Source of the DNA: Ostreococcus lucimarinus
Taxonomy: Eukaryota
Assembly: GCA_000092065.1 (NCBI GenBank)
Contig: CP000590.1
Strand: one strand, 5' to 3'
DNA length: 64,000 nucleotides
Under the pieces are notes generated by a model. That model did not search any database. It saw only the letters and a list, made by a program, of their open reading frames with translations, and had not been told where the DNA came from. The translations under genes and the position numbers were made by a program. Within the stretch, counting starts at the first letter, position 1. The number at the start of each line of letters is the position of its first letter. Of this stretch, positions 20,859 to 33,319 are shown piece by piece.

Positions 20859-22676
20859 TCATTGCGGTCGACTGTCGATTTCTTTGTAGAGCGCGTTGAG
20901 CAGAGCCACTCCATAGCCAGAACCTAAACCGTCTTTAAAGTTACCAGGACCAGCCATGTCGAGGTGAATCCAAGCCGTGTCATCGCGAGCGACCCAGTCT
21001 GGGTGTAAGTGATTGGCGATGAATTGACCGGCGCAGCTCGATTGCGCGTTGGCGCGGTCGGCGACGGAGTTTTTCATGTCGGCGACTTTGGAACTGAACT
21101 CACTCTTGAACATTTCCGGAGCGTAGGGCAGGGCGTGCGCCAGATCTCCGGTGATTCTGCCCAATCGCACGATGGTGTGCTCCATGTCTTCGCTATCGGT
21201 CACAAGTCCGGCGTGTTTACGCCCGGTGGCGATCATTTGCGCTCCGGTGAGCGTGGCCATGTCGACGATGATGCGCGGCTTGCACGCGGCGTTCGCGGGA
21301 TCGGAGCAATACGCGACGCCGTCCGCGAGCACGAGGCGCCCTTCGGCGTCGGTGTTGTTGATTTCCACTGTCTTTCCGCTCTTGCCGACGAGAATGTCAT
21401 CCGGGCGAATCGCGCCCGAGCCAATTGCGTTTTCGGCGATGCACAGCACGAGGTCGAGTGGCGTCTTGAAATTCGATTCGGCGTCCTCGCGAGCGATGGA
21501 CTCAAACGCGCACAGCATACCCGCGGCACCGCCCATGTCCGTCTTCATACCGCACATGCCGTCTTTAGATTTCAGCGAAAGCCCACCGGTGTCGAACGTG
21601 ATACCCTTGCCCACGAACGCGATGGACGGCGCGTCCGGGTCGACGCAACCTTTCGGCGTAAATCGCAAGTGCACGAGCGCGGGATCACGACCGTCGCGAC
21701 TCGAAGCGCTTCCGACGCCCGCCAGACATCCGTAGCCCTCCTCGACGAGTTGCGCGTAACGTTTAATCTCGACAACCTTAACGCTCGCGCCGAGCTCGCC
21801 CGCGACGACCTTCGCCTCGTCCACAAACGCGTCCGGCGACAGCTCGTTTGGCGCCATGTCGACGAGCGCCTGGCATCTGCGCACCGCCTTTGGCAACGAC
21901 CGCGTCTCCGCCCCGTTCCAAATCTCCCCTCCGCACACGACGCCCACGTACACTTCCCCGTCCACAACCGCGTCCGCCGCTCGAAACTTATTCGTATACG
22001 GCGCACTAATCCTCGCCAACGCCGCCAACGCCCCGACGCGGTGCGCCTCCTCGTCCACCGCCGCGAGCACCACCGCTCTTCTCTTCTTCCGATCCCCTAT
22101 CGCCGCTTTCGCCGCCGCCGTCATCGCGTGCGCGGCGATCGGCGAATTATGTCTCGACATCTTCGATTTCTCCGGCATCACGCACACGACGAGCTCCAAC
22201 AGTCCCTCGTCGTCCTCGCTCGCCGTCTCGAGCACCGTGCTCCGCGTCGCGTTCGCGTCGAGGCTCTCGACCAATCGCTCGAACGTCCGCGCTGCGCGCT
22301 CGTTCGTCCCGAACGCGCGCCGCGCGAACGCGCCGTTCTCGAGCAGCGCATCTTTCGCGCCGACGACGACCCATTTCGCGTCGTTCGTGCGCCGCGCGGC
22401 GTCGCAATCGTCGTTCGTTTCGATCGTTTTCAGCGTCGACGCGCCGCGCCATCGGTCGTCGTGATGCGTCGTGGACATGCGCACGCGCGCGGAGGAGGCT
22501 CGACGCGAACGAACGCGGTGTGCGCGCGCGGTGTGCGCGCGGTGAGCGATTCGGGAGGGCGCGAAGGGCGCGCGGGCGCGCATGCGCCGTGGTGTGAGGC
22601 GGCGAGGGCGGCGCGCGCGGCGGCGTCGGCAACCGCCGCGAGCGCCGAGGAGAGCGAGTCGCGTGAGTTGAGTCAT
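20859..22676 (-). CDS. Leucyl aminopeptidase (peptidase M17)
   Basis: VGKGITFDTGGLSLK and NTDAEGRLVLAD signatures. It has an Arg-rich presequence, and internal starts (MSTTHH...) are possible. Confidence 0.9.
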   Translation of the reverse strand: MTQLTRLALLGARGGCRRRRARRPRRLTPRRMRARAPFAPSRIAHRAHTARAHRVRSRRASSARVRMSTTHHDDRWRGASTLKTIETNDDCDAARRTNDAKWVVVGAKDALLENGAFARRAFGTNERAARTFERLVESLDANATRSTVLETASEDDEGLLELVVCVMPEKSKMSRHNSPIAAHAMTAAAKAAIGDRKKRRAVVLAAVDEEAHRVGALAALARISAPYTNKFRAADAVVDGEVYVGVVCGGEIWNGAETRSLPKAVRRCQALVDMAPNELSPDAFVDEAKVVAGELGASVKVVEIKRYAQLVEEGYGCLAGVGSASSRDGRDPALVHLRFTPKGCVDPDAPSIAFVGKGITFDTGGLSLKSKDGMCGMKTDMGGAAGMLCAFESIAREDAESNFKTPLDLVLCIAENAIGSGAIRPDDILVGKSGKTVEINNTDAEGRLVLADGVAYCSDPANAACKPRIIVDMATLTGAQMIATGRKHAGLVTDSEDMEHTIVRLGRITGDLAHALPYAPEMFKSEFSSKVADMKNSVADRANAQSSCAGQFIANHLHPDWVARDDTAWIHLDMAGPGNFKDGLGSGYGVALLNALYKEIDSRPQ

Positions 22677-22716
22677 CGGGGATGAAATGAAAGCTACGCG
22701 CCGTGCGTCGCGAGCG

Positions 22717-23559
22717 CTAAGGAGAGTAATCGTCGATCGTGGTGGTGGTGTCGTCGGTGGAATCGGCGCGCTGGGGGTCGTCGGCGACGGCGTCTCGCGC
22801 TTCTTCGGCCGGCGCTTCGGCGGCGTCGAGGAGCACGGCGCCGCACTCGCCGACGCGCGAGGGGTCCACGGGGATGCCGTTTCCGACGACGTCGTCGCGC
22901 CAGCATCCGCTAAAATACGTCTCAGATGCGCGCGCGGCGTCGAGCTCGGGCTTCAGCGCGGCGTAGAGCGCGGCGTGATCGCCGAGCACGCGGCCCTTCT
23001 TATCGACGCGGACATCGTACTTTCGGCCGTGGGAACCCAGGCGCAGCGAGACGGTTTCGAGGTTGACGCGCTCGACCGTCGCCGTAGCTGGGTATATCAC
23101 CAAGTGCTTGGACGTATCTGAATCGTACGAAACGCAGTAACCATCCGACCAGCTGGCTTCGCTCGATGGGTTGTCGTCTTCCCAAAGTACGCTGACGAAG
23201 TACCCCACCCAACGACGCCCTTTTGGCTTGACGACGACGGGTTTCGTGTTCAGCCCGCCGACGTGTTCGCCGTACAGCGTGGAAACCCGCACCCCGTGTG
23301 GTGGGTGCGCGGTGGCACGCATGGATTCAGGCAACAGTACCCAACGTCGCAAGTCGTCGAGAACCGTTTCGAGTTCATCGCTCGAAATGGTTTCGACTTT
23401 GCGCTCTCGTCGCGAATTCTCAAGCGCCTTTTTCACCTCCAGACGACTCGACTTCTTCCTCGCCGTGCTTTCCCACGCAATCCGTTCTTGTTCCGCACGC
23501 GCTCTGGCATCGCTTCTGGCTTGGACGCGCTCCAGCTCTGCCAGCTGCTGCTTCATGCG

Positions 23560-23604
<45 letters not shown>

Positions 23605-24021
23605 TGCCAACTCTTTCTTGTTCGTCGTGTTCTGCAACGTGTTCTTCAACGCGATGACTTCCAACAGAGTCACGAACGGCGTCGACCAAAGTGGATCCGC
23701 GCGCGCTCTCGGGCCTGCGTCCGCCGCCACCTTTTCAGCTCGGCAAATCCGAGCGTCCAACGCCGAGACGTAGTACGCGCGACCCTTAGCGTCGTATCCG
23801 ATCGGCTCGCCGTGCACGCCGCGCTTACACATCTGAAGCTGTTCGACTTTATTTCGCCGTCGCGCCTTGTCAAACTCATCCGAGCACTGTTCCGCGACGT
23901 TAGAAAACGAGCGAGACTCGACCAAATCCTCGCACAACCGGTACAACACTTCTAATCGCGCCAGCGCGTCGATGTCGAAAAATCCCGCCTCATCGTCCAC
24001 GCCGTCGCCCAATATCTCACG

Positions 24022-24066
<45 letters not shown>

Positions 24067-24492
24067 CGTCTCGCCGTGTCCCAACGCGCTCGGCGCCGGC
24101 GCCCACACGCGCAAGAAAAAATCTAAAATCCACGCGTGCTCGCGCGGTTCGCACAGCGCGCGTTCCCACGCCTCCCCATCCTTCCTCGGCATCCACATCG
24201 CCTCGAACGTCTCACAAAAGCTCTGCAAGGCGTAAAACTTGTGTTCGCTTCGCAGCGCCACGACGCGTTCGCGCATCTCTTTCCCCATGTTTCGCGTCGA
24301 CGCCGTCGACGACCCTCGCGCGTCGCGTCCCTTCGCCTCCTTCGCCGTCCCACGCGCGCCGTTCCTCGCGCCGCGCGCGCCGCGTCCACCGCGCGCACCG
24401 CGCCCGCGTCCCGCACCGCGTCCATCGCGCGCGCCGCGCGCGTCCGGCGTCGCGTCCGTTTTCATCTTTTTCGTCGCCGGCGCGCGCGGCAT
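22717..24492 (-). CDS. Chromatin-type protein with DDT/WHIM-like motifs and a C-terminal Tudor/Agenet-like module
   Basis: LEVLYRLCEDLVE, PIGYDAKGRAYYVSALDARICR and the C-terminal WVGYFVSVLWEDD...SWSDGYCVSYD. The assignment is by resemblance only. Confidence 0.5.
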
Positions 24493-24677
24493 CGCGCTCG
24501 AAGCGATCGACGCCGCGCGCGCGTCCGATCGCGTCGTCGGCGCGGCGCGACGCCGACGACGCGTCGACGCGCGCGCGACCGCTCGCGCGGCCGACCGCGC
24601 GCCGTCGTCGCGCTGTGCGGCGCCGCGACGGCGCGCGACGTCGACGACGCGGAACGCCGCACACGCGCGCGCACGCG

Positions 24678-25247
24678 ATGCCGACGCTCGCGCGCGCGAC
24701 GCCGATGGCGCGCGCGATGACGCTCGCGCGCGCGCCGTCGTCCGCGACGCGCGCGCGCGCGACGGCGACGCGCCGCGGCGCGACGACGCGCGAGACGACG
24801 ACGATGCGGCGCGACGAGAGATCGAACGCGACGGCGACGACGCGGGAGAGCGACGACGCGCGACGCGATCGAACGCTGGCGCTCACGGCGCTCGCGGCGT
24901 GCGTCATCGCGAGCGGATGCGCGGACGGCGCGGACGCGATCGCGGCGATGGCGGGGACGATGGCGGACGGCGCGGATAACTCGGCGGCGGCGACGACGAC
25001 GCCGAACGAATTGTTCGCGCTCGCGGGCGGGGAGGTGCCGTTTTGGGCGAACATGGTCAAGTACGCGCGATTTTCGATCAGCATCATGGTCGGATTCGCG
25101 TACATGTTCGGAAGGCCGGTGGCGGCGCTGCTGAAGAAGCCGCAGACGGCGGCGGCGGTGGTCGCGGTGGGCGCGGGAGGGTACGTGTTCTTTAAGTTTA
25201 CGATCGAAACCATGCTCGGGATGAACGATCCGTCGACCATGGGCTAG
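24678..25247 (+). CDS. Ycf33/DUF751-like small plastid membrane protein
   Basis: FWANMVKYARFSISIMVGFAYMFGRPV resembles the FW-x-N-x-x-RYPRYFIS core. The N-terminus is Ala/Arg/Thr-rich, and the start could be 24615-24720. Confidence 0.55.
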   Translation: MPTLARATPMARAMTLARAPSSATRARATATRRGATTRETTTMRRDERSNATATTRESDDARRDRTLALTALAACVIASGCADGADAIAAMAGTMADGADNSAAATTTPNELFALAGGEVPFWANMVKYARFSISIMVGFAYMFGRPVAALLKKPQTAAAVVAVGAGGYVFFKFTIETMLGMNDPSTMG

Positions 25248-25260
25248 GGTTGGGTTGTAA

Positions 25261-25310
<50 letters not shown>

Positions 25311-25330
25311 AGGCTGCGAGAGCGAGAAGG

Positions 25331-26995
25331 TTAAAAACGTTGCCACTCGATTTCGCCGACGGCGACGGGGGGCGCGGTGTTTTCGACGTCGTCGCTGAAA
25401 TGCGCCGCGCCGATGCGAGCGCGCCACGGCGCGAATGCGCGTTTCACGCGCCACGTATCTGCGAGTTCCATTGCGGCGTATCGTCGTCGCTGCGCGAAGA
25501 CGAAGGAGCGCCACATCGCAAAGCAATTCGCGTCCAGATACTTGTCGCTGAACGTGATCGCTTGTGAATCGCGGTAAAACGTCGCGCGCGCGTTCAGTTG
25601 TGACGCGTGTTCCTTCATTGATCTCCAATGCGCGAATACGCGTGTTTTTAGTGACCTGTTCTCTCGTTTCGCTTGACTCGTCGCCGCTCGCCAGGCGTAA
25701 AACGCGCTCGCCGCGAGCGACAGGCGATGAAATTTTGCCGCACGCGCCAGCTCGGCTCGGTGCTCTTTCGCGGCCCAGACGACCGCACACCACCGCGCAA
25801 AGGCGCCGACCGTGACACGCGCGTCGTCGTAGCTTGAAGCGAATCGCATGCGCTCGCGCTCTCGTCTCTCGTCTCGCACTCGTCGACGCCAACGCGAAAA
25901 TTTTACCGCGACGACGGCACGTTCGGCGCGACGTTCGGCGTGAATGACTCTTACACGCCACACACGCGTGACCGACCGTTTGACGTAGCGCTGGCGAGCG
26001 AGACGTGCGGCATCGATCGCGCGTCGCTCAGATTTCCACGCCCGCGCGACCGCAGACCAAGTATCCAGCGCCGTCGACTCGAGTTTGATTCGTCGCCACA
26101 CGTCCGCGCTCTCGCGCGCAACGCGCGCTCTCGCGCGCGAACGCCACGCGTTAAACGCCGCGAGCATCGCTCGACGGTTTCGTCGCGTTTGAGTCTGCCT
26201 GAAGGCTTCGAGTCGTCTCGCCGCGTCGTCTCGCGCGATTCGCGCCCACGCGCGAGCGACCGCTCGGCCCGTGGTCGCGAGCTCGCGTCGAGCGCGCTTC
26301 GCCGCGAACGCGCGCAATCGCACACGTTTGCGCGCATTCGTGCGCCACGCGCCAATCGCCGCCAGAGCCATCTTGCGCGCGCGGCGGCCGGTGGAGAAAG
26401 CGCACAACGACTCGATTTCGCGTTCTCTCGCTCGCCGATACTTTTCCTTCACCGCCTCGCGTCTCCACGCCGCGAACGCGCGCTTAATGGCGTTCATTTC
26501 GCACAACGCTCGAGCGATGAGCTCGCTCTCGTCGTCGTCGAGCGTGGCGCCTTCCGAATCCGCTCCCGTCGGCGTCGCGACTCGCGCGCCGTCGCCCACC
26601 GTCGTCTCCAAATACGCCTCGTCGTCCACCGCCACCAGCGCCTCGATCGAGCTCATCTCGCGCGTCGTCGCCGATTCGCCCGCCCCCCTCGCCTCCCCCC
26701 GCGCCGCGCCGCGCTCCAACGCCGCCGCCTTTTCCTCCCACGTCGTCTCGACGTCCAGCCCGAGCGCGAACGCCATCGCCCTCGCGCGCCCTCGCGCCGC
26801 CGCGTCCGCCCCTCGCGCCCGCCTGACCTCCTCGTCCACCGCCGCGCACACGTCCCGCAGTCTCGGCTCGCGCGCGCGTCCGCTCGCGTCGCGCGCGCGT
26901 CGCACGCCGCGCGCGACGACGCGCTCGAGCCAAACGGCCTCGCCGTTCGCGTCCGCGTCCGCGTTCGCGTCGCTCGCGCGCGCGCGCGCCGCCAT
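25331..26995 (-). CDS. Sfi1-like centrin-binding repeat protein
   Basis: About 12 repeats of [FLV]-x2-W-[RK] spaced about 30-35 aa apart (AFAAWRRE, IGAWRTNA, AFNAWRSRA, FARWCAV, FYAWRAAT, FAHWRSMK, FAMWRSFV, FAPWRARI and others). Confidence 0.55.
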   Translation of the reverse strand: MAARARASDANADADANGEAVWLERVVARGVRRARDASGRAREPRLRDVCAAVDEEVRRARGADAAARGRARAMAFALGLDVETTWEEKAAALERGAARGEARGAGESATTREMSSIEALVAVDDEAYLETTVGDGARVATPTGADSEGATLDDDESELIARALCEMNAIKRAFAAWRREAVKEKYRRAREREIESLCAFSTGRRARKMALAAIGAWRTNARKRVRLRAFAAKRARRELATTGRAVARAWARIARDDAARRLEAFRQTQTRRNRRAMLAAFNAWRSRARARVARESADVWRRIKLESTALDTWSAVARAWKSERRAIDAARLARQRYVKRSVTRVWRVRVIHAERRAERAVVAVKFSRWRRRVRDERRERERMRFASSYDDARVTVGAFARWCAVVWAAKEHRAELARAAKFHRLSLAASAFYAWRAATSQAKRENRSLKTRVFAHWRSMKEHASQLNARATFYRDSQAITFSDKYLDANCFAMWRSFVFAQRRRYAAMELADTWRVKRAFAPWRARIGAAHFSDDVENTAPPVAVGEIEWQRF

Positions 26996-27138
26996 CTCGC
27001 GCTATCGCGTCGTCGCGTCGCGATCGCGCGTCGTCGCGCCCATCGCCGCGCGTCGCCGTCGCGCGCGCGCGTCGCGGTGCGCCGTCGCGTCGCGTCGCGC
27101 GTCCGCACTCGTCGTCTTCCGCGCTCGACGACGACGCC

Positions 27139-27885
27139 ATGGCGCCGATCGCGCGCGTCGCCGTGCTGTTCGCCATGGACGCCGAGGCGCGACCGCTGAT
27201 CGACGCCCTCGGGCTGACGCTCGACGCCGACGCGTTCGCGCGCGTCGGCGGCGACGTCCCCATGCGCGTGTACTCGGGAACGCTGAAGTCGGGCGCGCGC
27301 GTCGACGTCGTCTGCGCGGGGTCGTGCGCGAGGCACAACGTGTGCAACGTCGGCACGGTCGGCGCGGCGCTGTCGACGTACGAGACGTGCGCGACGCTGC
27401 GACCGGACGTGATCGTGAACGCGGGCACGGCGGGAGGGTTCGCGAAGCGCGGCGGCGAGGTCGGCGACGTCTACGTGGCGACGAAGTTTAAGAATCACGA
27501 TCGACGAATACCGATCCCTGGATACGATAAATACGGCGTCGGTGAGTACGATGCGTGGCCGACGCCGCGGTTGATCGAGGCGCTGGGATGCAAGACCGGG
27601 GTGGTGTGCACGGGGAACTCTCTGGACGCCACGGAGACGTGCCGAGCGCTGCTGGACGAGTTCGAGTGCAGCGTGAAGGAGATGGAGGCGGCGGCGATCG
27701 CGCACGTCGCGCACCTATTTAACGTGCCCGTGATCGCGGTGAAGACGATCACGGACATCGTGGACGGGCCGCAGGCGACGGAGGAGGAGTTTTTGCGAAA
27801 TTTATCGTCGGCGGCGGACGCGCTGCGCGACGTCGTGCCGCGCGTCGTCGAATTCCTCGACGGCAAGTCCGTGGACGAGCTGTGA
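27139..27885 (+). CDS. MTN: 5'-methylthioadenosine / S-adenosylhomocysteine nucleosidase
   Basis: VAVLFAMDAEARPL and KEMEAAAIAHVAHLFNVPVIAVKTITD. Confidence 0.85.
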   Translation: MAPIARVAVLFAMDAEARPLIDALGLTLDADAFARVGGDVPMRVYSGTLKSGARVDVVCAGSCARHNVCNVGTVGAALSTYETCATLRPDVIVNAGTAGGFAKRGGEVGDVYVATKFKNHDRRIPIPGYDKYGVGEYDAWPTPRLIEALGCKTGVVCTGNSLDATETCRALLDEFECSVKEMEAAAIAHVAHLFNVPVIAVKTITDIVDGPQATEEEFLRNLSSAADALRDVVPRVVEFLDGKSVDEL

Positions 27886-28029
27886 GGGTCGGCGTTTCCG
27901 TCGTCACGGAGTCGATTCGAGCGCGCGTCGCGAGCCGGTGTTGTTGTAGTGAGACGATAGAACCAGTCGTCCGTCCTTCGTCCGCGCGTCCCGCGCGTCC
28001 CGAGACGGTTAGGCGGCCGGCGTCAAACC

Positions 28030-28785
28030 ATGCCTCGCGACGCCTCGCCGCGCGCGTACGACGCCCTCGATGTCGCCGTGACGCTGCTGAAGAAGCGCGA
28101 GGGCATCGATAAGACGCTGAAACTCGCGCGCTACGCCGCGCTGTTCGCGCTCGGCGAAGCGAAAGCGCGCGCGAGGCCGAGCGCCGAGTCGAGCGAGTTC
28201 GTGCGCGCGACGACGGCGCTGGAGCGCTCGATCGGCGACGCGAGGCGCGCGTACAGGCTGGGAAAATTTTTGGGTAACGTTCGGGACTTTCGCGATGAGG
28301 TGCGGGAGAACGAGGGCGCGGGCAAGCGCGGCCGCGCGCGATGGCTCACGGCGGCGGCGGCGTGCGCGGCGCTCGAGGGCGCGTACTACTTCATCGAACA
28401 GGGCGTGTGGTTGAGCAAGGCGGGGGTGGCGATGCGACGACGATCGACGCTTGAACGGTTGGTGCGCTGGAGCGCGCGGGCGGAGGTTGCGTCGTACGCG
28501 TTTTCAATCGCGTGTTCGCGCGAGGACTGGCTCGAGGCGGACGCCGCGGCGAGAGCGGCGAGAGCGCGATTGAGGGACGTCGAGACGGCTAAAGCGAGCG
28601 CGCTCGAGCGTGGAGATGACGAAGACGTCGTTATTAGTTTGACGGCAGACGTGAACGAGGCGGAGAAGGCGAAGCGCAAGGCTGTGCTGGCGATTTGTCA
28701 AGACGTCGCCGACGGCGTCTTGTCGTTTGAGGACGCCGTCGACGTCGCCGGGTTCGAAATCCCGAACGAACGCCTCGTCAATTTC

Positions 28786-28830
<45 letters not shown>

Positions 28831-28866
28831 GACGCGATAGAATCGCTCGACGAGTCTTCGCGATAG
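28030..28866 (+). CDS. PEX11: Peroxin 11 (PEX11) family protein
   Basis: REGIDKTLKLARYAALF, RRAYRLGKFLGNV and EGAYYFIEQGVWLSKAGV. Confidence 0.65.
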
Positions 28867-28951
28867 CGCGCACGCAGTACGCAACATTTCTGCTCTCTTC
28901 ATTAAAACAAACAAACGCGCTCGACGGCGGTCGTGTACAAACTTATTCCAT

Positions 28952-29500
<549 letters not shown>

Positions 29501-29587
29501 GGTTCGTGAACCGAGCGCGAGGGACTCCGATCGCCGTTCCCGCCAAAACGGATTGTCAGCGCGCGATGGGCGCGCGACGACGACAGA

Positions 29588-31079
29588 ATGCGACCCTCGA
29601 CGACGGTCGCGGCGACGCTCGCGGCGCCGCGAGCGGCCGGGAGCGCGCGCGCGTCGGCGCGCGCCGACGCGCGGTCGCGCGCGAGACGCGCGCGCGCGGG
29701 AGGCTCGACGAGGAATTTCGACGCGGGGCGCGGCGATCGAGGGATGCTCGCGCGCGAACTGCGGCGACGATGGCGCGGATCGGTGTCGATCGGTGGCGCG
29801 GACGCGCGAGCGGTGATGCGAGCGGGCGCGCGCGGGACGCGAGCGAGCGCGAGGGAGGACGGGGGGGAGGCGGGCGAGGGACGCGCGTCGACGTCGTACG
29901 CGTCGTCGGCGTCGTACGACGCCGACGACGAGTTCAACGAGCGCTTGGCGAAGGGATACGCGGACGATGACGTCGAGCGATTCGCGCGGGGGTTGTCCAG
30001 ACTATCGGTCGCCGGTGGGGGGGCGCCGAGTCGAAACGGCGCGCGGACGTTCGCGTCGCAGGCGTCGCCGGCGTACGAGGAGGAGGCGCTCGCGTCGAGC
30101 GCGCCGAGGATTCGAGGTGAGATCAAGCGCGTGACGTTTCATTCGAGAGAAAATGGGTACACCGTGGCGCGCATGGAGGTTGACAGCTCGTGTGAGCTTC
30201 CTCCAGGCGCGCTCGCGACGCCGAAGCGGCGAAGGAAGGGCGCGGCGCCGACGCCGACGGTGACCGTCGTCGGCACGCTTCCGGGAGCGAGCGAAGGACA
30301 AATGCTCGAGCTTATCGGACAGTGGAAGGAAAACACAAAGTATGGTGTCGAGTTCCTCATCACCGGTGCGCCCACGGAACTGAAACCATCGAGCGAGGAC
30401 GGGATGTTGCGATACTTGAGCGGCGGCGCGTTGCCGGGCTGCGGCAAAGTCACCGCTCAGCGCCTCGTCGATCACTTTGGCGTGGACCTGATGGACGTCT
30501 TGAACTCGCCCGACGCGGCGAAAAAGTTGTGCGCGTGCGATGGGATCGGGCCGAAGACGGCGATCAAGTTGAAGACGAATTGGGACGAGTCGCGCGGCAA
30601 GCGAGACGCCGCAGTGTTTTTAGAAAAACACGGCGTGCCGTTGGCGCTCGCGCAACGCGCAGCGGCACAATACGGTCCCATGACGGAGGATTTGATTCGC
30701 GACAACCCATTCGAGGCGTTAGGGGCGGTGCGAGGGGCGACGTTCCATCGCGTCGACGCCTTGGCGTCTCGACTAGGCAAGGCGCCGAACGATCCGGCGC
30801 GTCTCGGCGCCGCCATCATCGAAGTTTTGAGCGCGGCAGCGGTGAGCAGCGGGCATGCGTACTTGCCGTGGAGCAAAATCGTCGACGGTGTACGTGCTCT
30901 GCTCGGACAATCGACGATTACGGACGAGTTGAGCATGCAAGCCGCCGCGGACGCGATGCGAACCAAGGGTGAAATTCGTGTGCAGCGCCTGCCGACAGCA
31001 AGCACGGCGGCGGGATCGATTGAGGTTTTCGAAGGCGATTGGAGCACTGCGGCGCTTTACACGAGCGCCATGCACAGTG

Positions 31080-31124
<45 letters not shown>

Positions 31125-31353
31125 CGAAGATCAAGGTTGACTCGGCACGCGTGGAGCGTTGGCTCGAAGCCGCCGCGCAAAAGGAAGGGTGGCGCACGCT
31201 GAGCGAAACGCAAAAAGACTTTGTTCGATTAGCGCTTGAATCGCCAGTTTCTATTCTCACGGGTGGCCCGGGGACTGGGAAGACGTTTGCCACGCACGTG
31301 ATCGTCCGTCTGTGGCGCGCCATGGGCAAGAGTGTGGTAATGTGCGCGCCCAC

Positions 31354-31398
<45 letters not shown>

Positions 31399-32614
31399 AG
31401 ACATCGCCAATCCGGTGACGAGCTCGACGATTCATCGATTGTTGGAGTTCAAGGCTGCGGATGCGCTCGAAGGCATGGAAGATGACGGGCCGATGCAAGC
31501 GCTTTCATACAAGGGTAGATTCTCGCGAGACGCGAAGAATCCCATCCAAGCGGACGTTGTCGTCGTGGACGAAAGCTCCATGCTCGACTTGCCGCTGGCT
31601 GCCGCGCTCCTCGCCGCCGTGCCTCCCTCAGCGCAAGTCGTATTTGTGGGTGACGCCGATCAGCTTCCGTCTGTCGGACCTGGTAGTCTATTGCGAGATT
31701 TGCTCGCCGCGCGCAACGTTCCGAGCATCGCGTTGACGGACATCTTCCGCCAAGCGGCGGCGAGCGGCATCGTTCGCGCCGCGCACGCGATCAACTCTGG
31801 AGCGTTCCTACCGTTGGACATCAGAGAGCAGCGCCACGATGTGGACATGAATGAGCTTCGCATCGTCGCTGACGCGCAAGACGTCGATTTGCCGCCGATC
31901 GATCCCGATCTCAAGCCCGACTGTCTTTGGGTGAGCTTGCCCAGCGAAACGAACGCGAGCGTAGAGGCGGTGCTTGACCACATTCTCAGCGACATCTTAC
32001 CCGCTCGTGGATTCTCCCCAAAAGATCTTCAAGTCTTATCTCCAATGCGCCGCGGCGTCGCGAGCACTGGATCGCTCAACAACTGGCTCCAAACGTCGCT
32101 CAATCCGAGCTGTGAGAGCAAGAAGGAGGTCGCCGTCGGTGGATTTTCCGGCGACGTTACGTTTCGCGAGGGCGACCGCGTGCTGCAACAGCGCAACGAT
32201 TACGACAAAGAAGTATTTAACGGCGACTTGGGCGTGATTCAAAGAATCGACACCAAAGCTGGCACCGCCATCGTGAGCTTCGGCGCTGATTTCAAGGAAG
32301 TTTCGTACACCAAAGGCGAGCTCAGAGACTTGATACCGGCGTACGCCATGACGATTCACAAAGCCCAAGGCAGCGAGTATCGCGCCGTCGTTCTCGTGAT
32401 GACGAACGCGCATAAGCCATTACTCCGCCGTGAGCTCCTATACACGGGCGTGACGCGCGCCAAGGAGCTTCTCGTCATCGTCGCTCCCCGCACGGCGCTC
32501 GCCGCCGCCATCGACACCGCCGGCAAGGACCGTCGGTGCACGGGCCTCGTCGACCGACTCGCCGCCGCGCCCCAACCCAAGATCGCGGCGACGCGCGCAA
32601 ATAGCCCGCGATAA
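29588..32614 (+). CDS. recD2: RecD2-type SF1B DNA helicase (bacterial type) with a long N-terminal extension
   Basis: ILTGGPGTGKTF, MCAPTGRAAQRL, VVVDESSM, VGDADQLPSVGPG, TIHKAQGSEY and LLYTGVTRAKELL. ATG 29588 lies 152 bp from the diverging HU gene. Confidence 0.85.
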
Positions 32615-32917
32615 TTATTCAAGCGTTTGTAAATCGAACTCTTCCACGCTCGTTCGAGCGATTTCAAAGCCGTCCCGTCTGAGCGAGTCCCGAAGCCCGA
32701 ACGAAGCCCAAGGCAACAAACAGACCGCGCGCCTCGGGCACCCCCTCAGACGAGCGCGCACGGCGACGCCGACGTCCGCCGAAGCGCACGGACGATCCAA
32801 CACGCTCGCGAGGACGCGTTGGATCCGGCGCGGACCGTTCGCACGCCCTCGCGCGCGCGCGCGCCTCGTAAACGCGACGTAATTGGCTCGTTAACCTGTC
32901 GAACGCGTTTTTGAGCG

Positions 32918-33274
32918 ATGTCGACGCCGCTGACGCGCATCGCGACGCGTCTGGCGCGATCGAGCGATCGCAACGCGTGGACCATGACAGCTAGGACGTT
33001 GTACGCCGATGCGAGCGCGGCGAGCGAGCGGGTGGCGACGTCGAGGGGGGACTCAAACGGCGCGGCGGCGAACGCGAGGCGACTGGACGAGTCGGCGAAC
33101 GCGAACTCGAGCGCGACGAGGGATGAGGGCGCGCGAGCGCCCGTTGATGCGACGAGCGCGGCGAAGACGGGAACAAAAAGCGCGTCGTCGGGACGTAAGC
33201 TCGGGGAGAAATTTTCAAAGGATGTCGTGGACGACATCTATCGCGGGAGCTTTCGAAGCCAAACCGGGGTGAGC

Positions 33275-33319
<45 letters not shown>

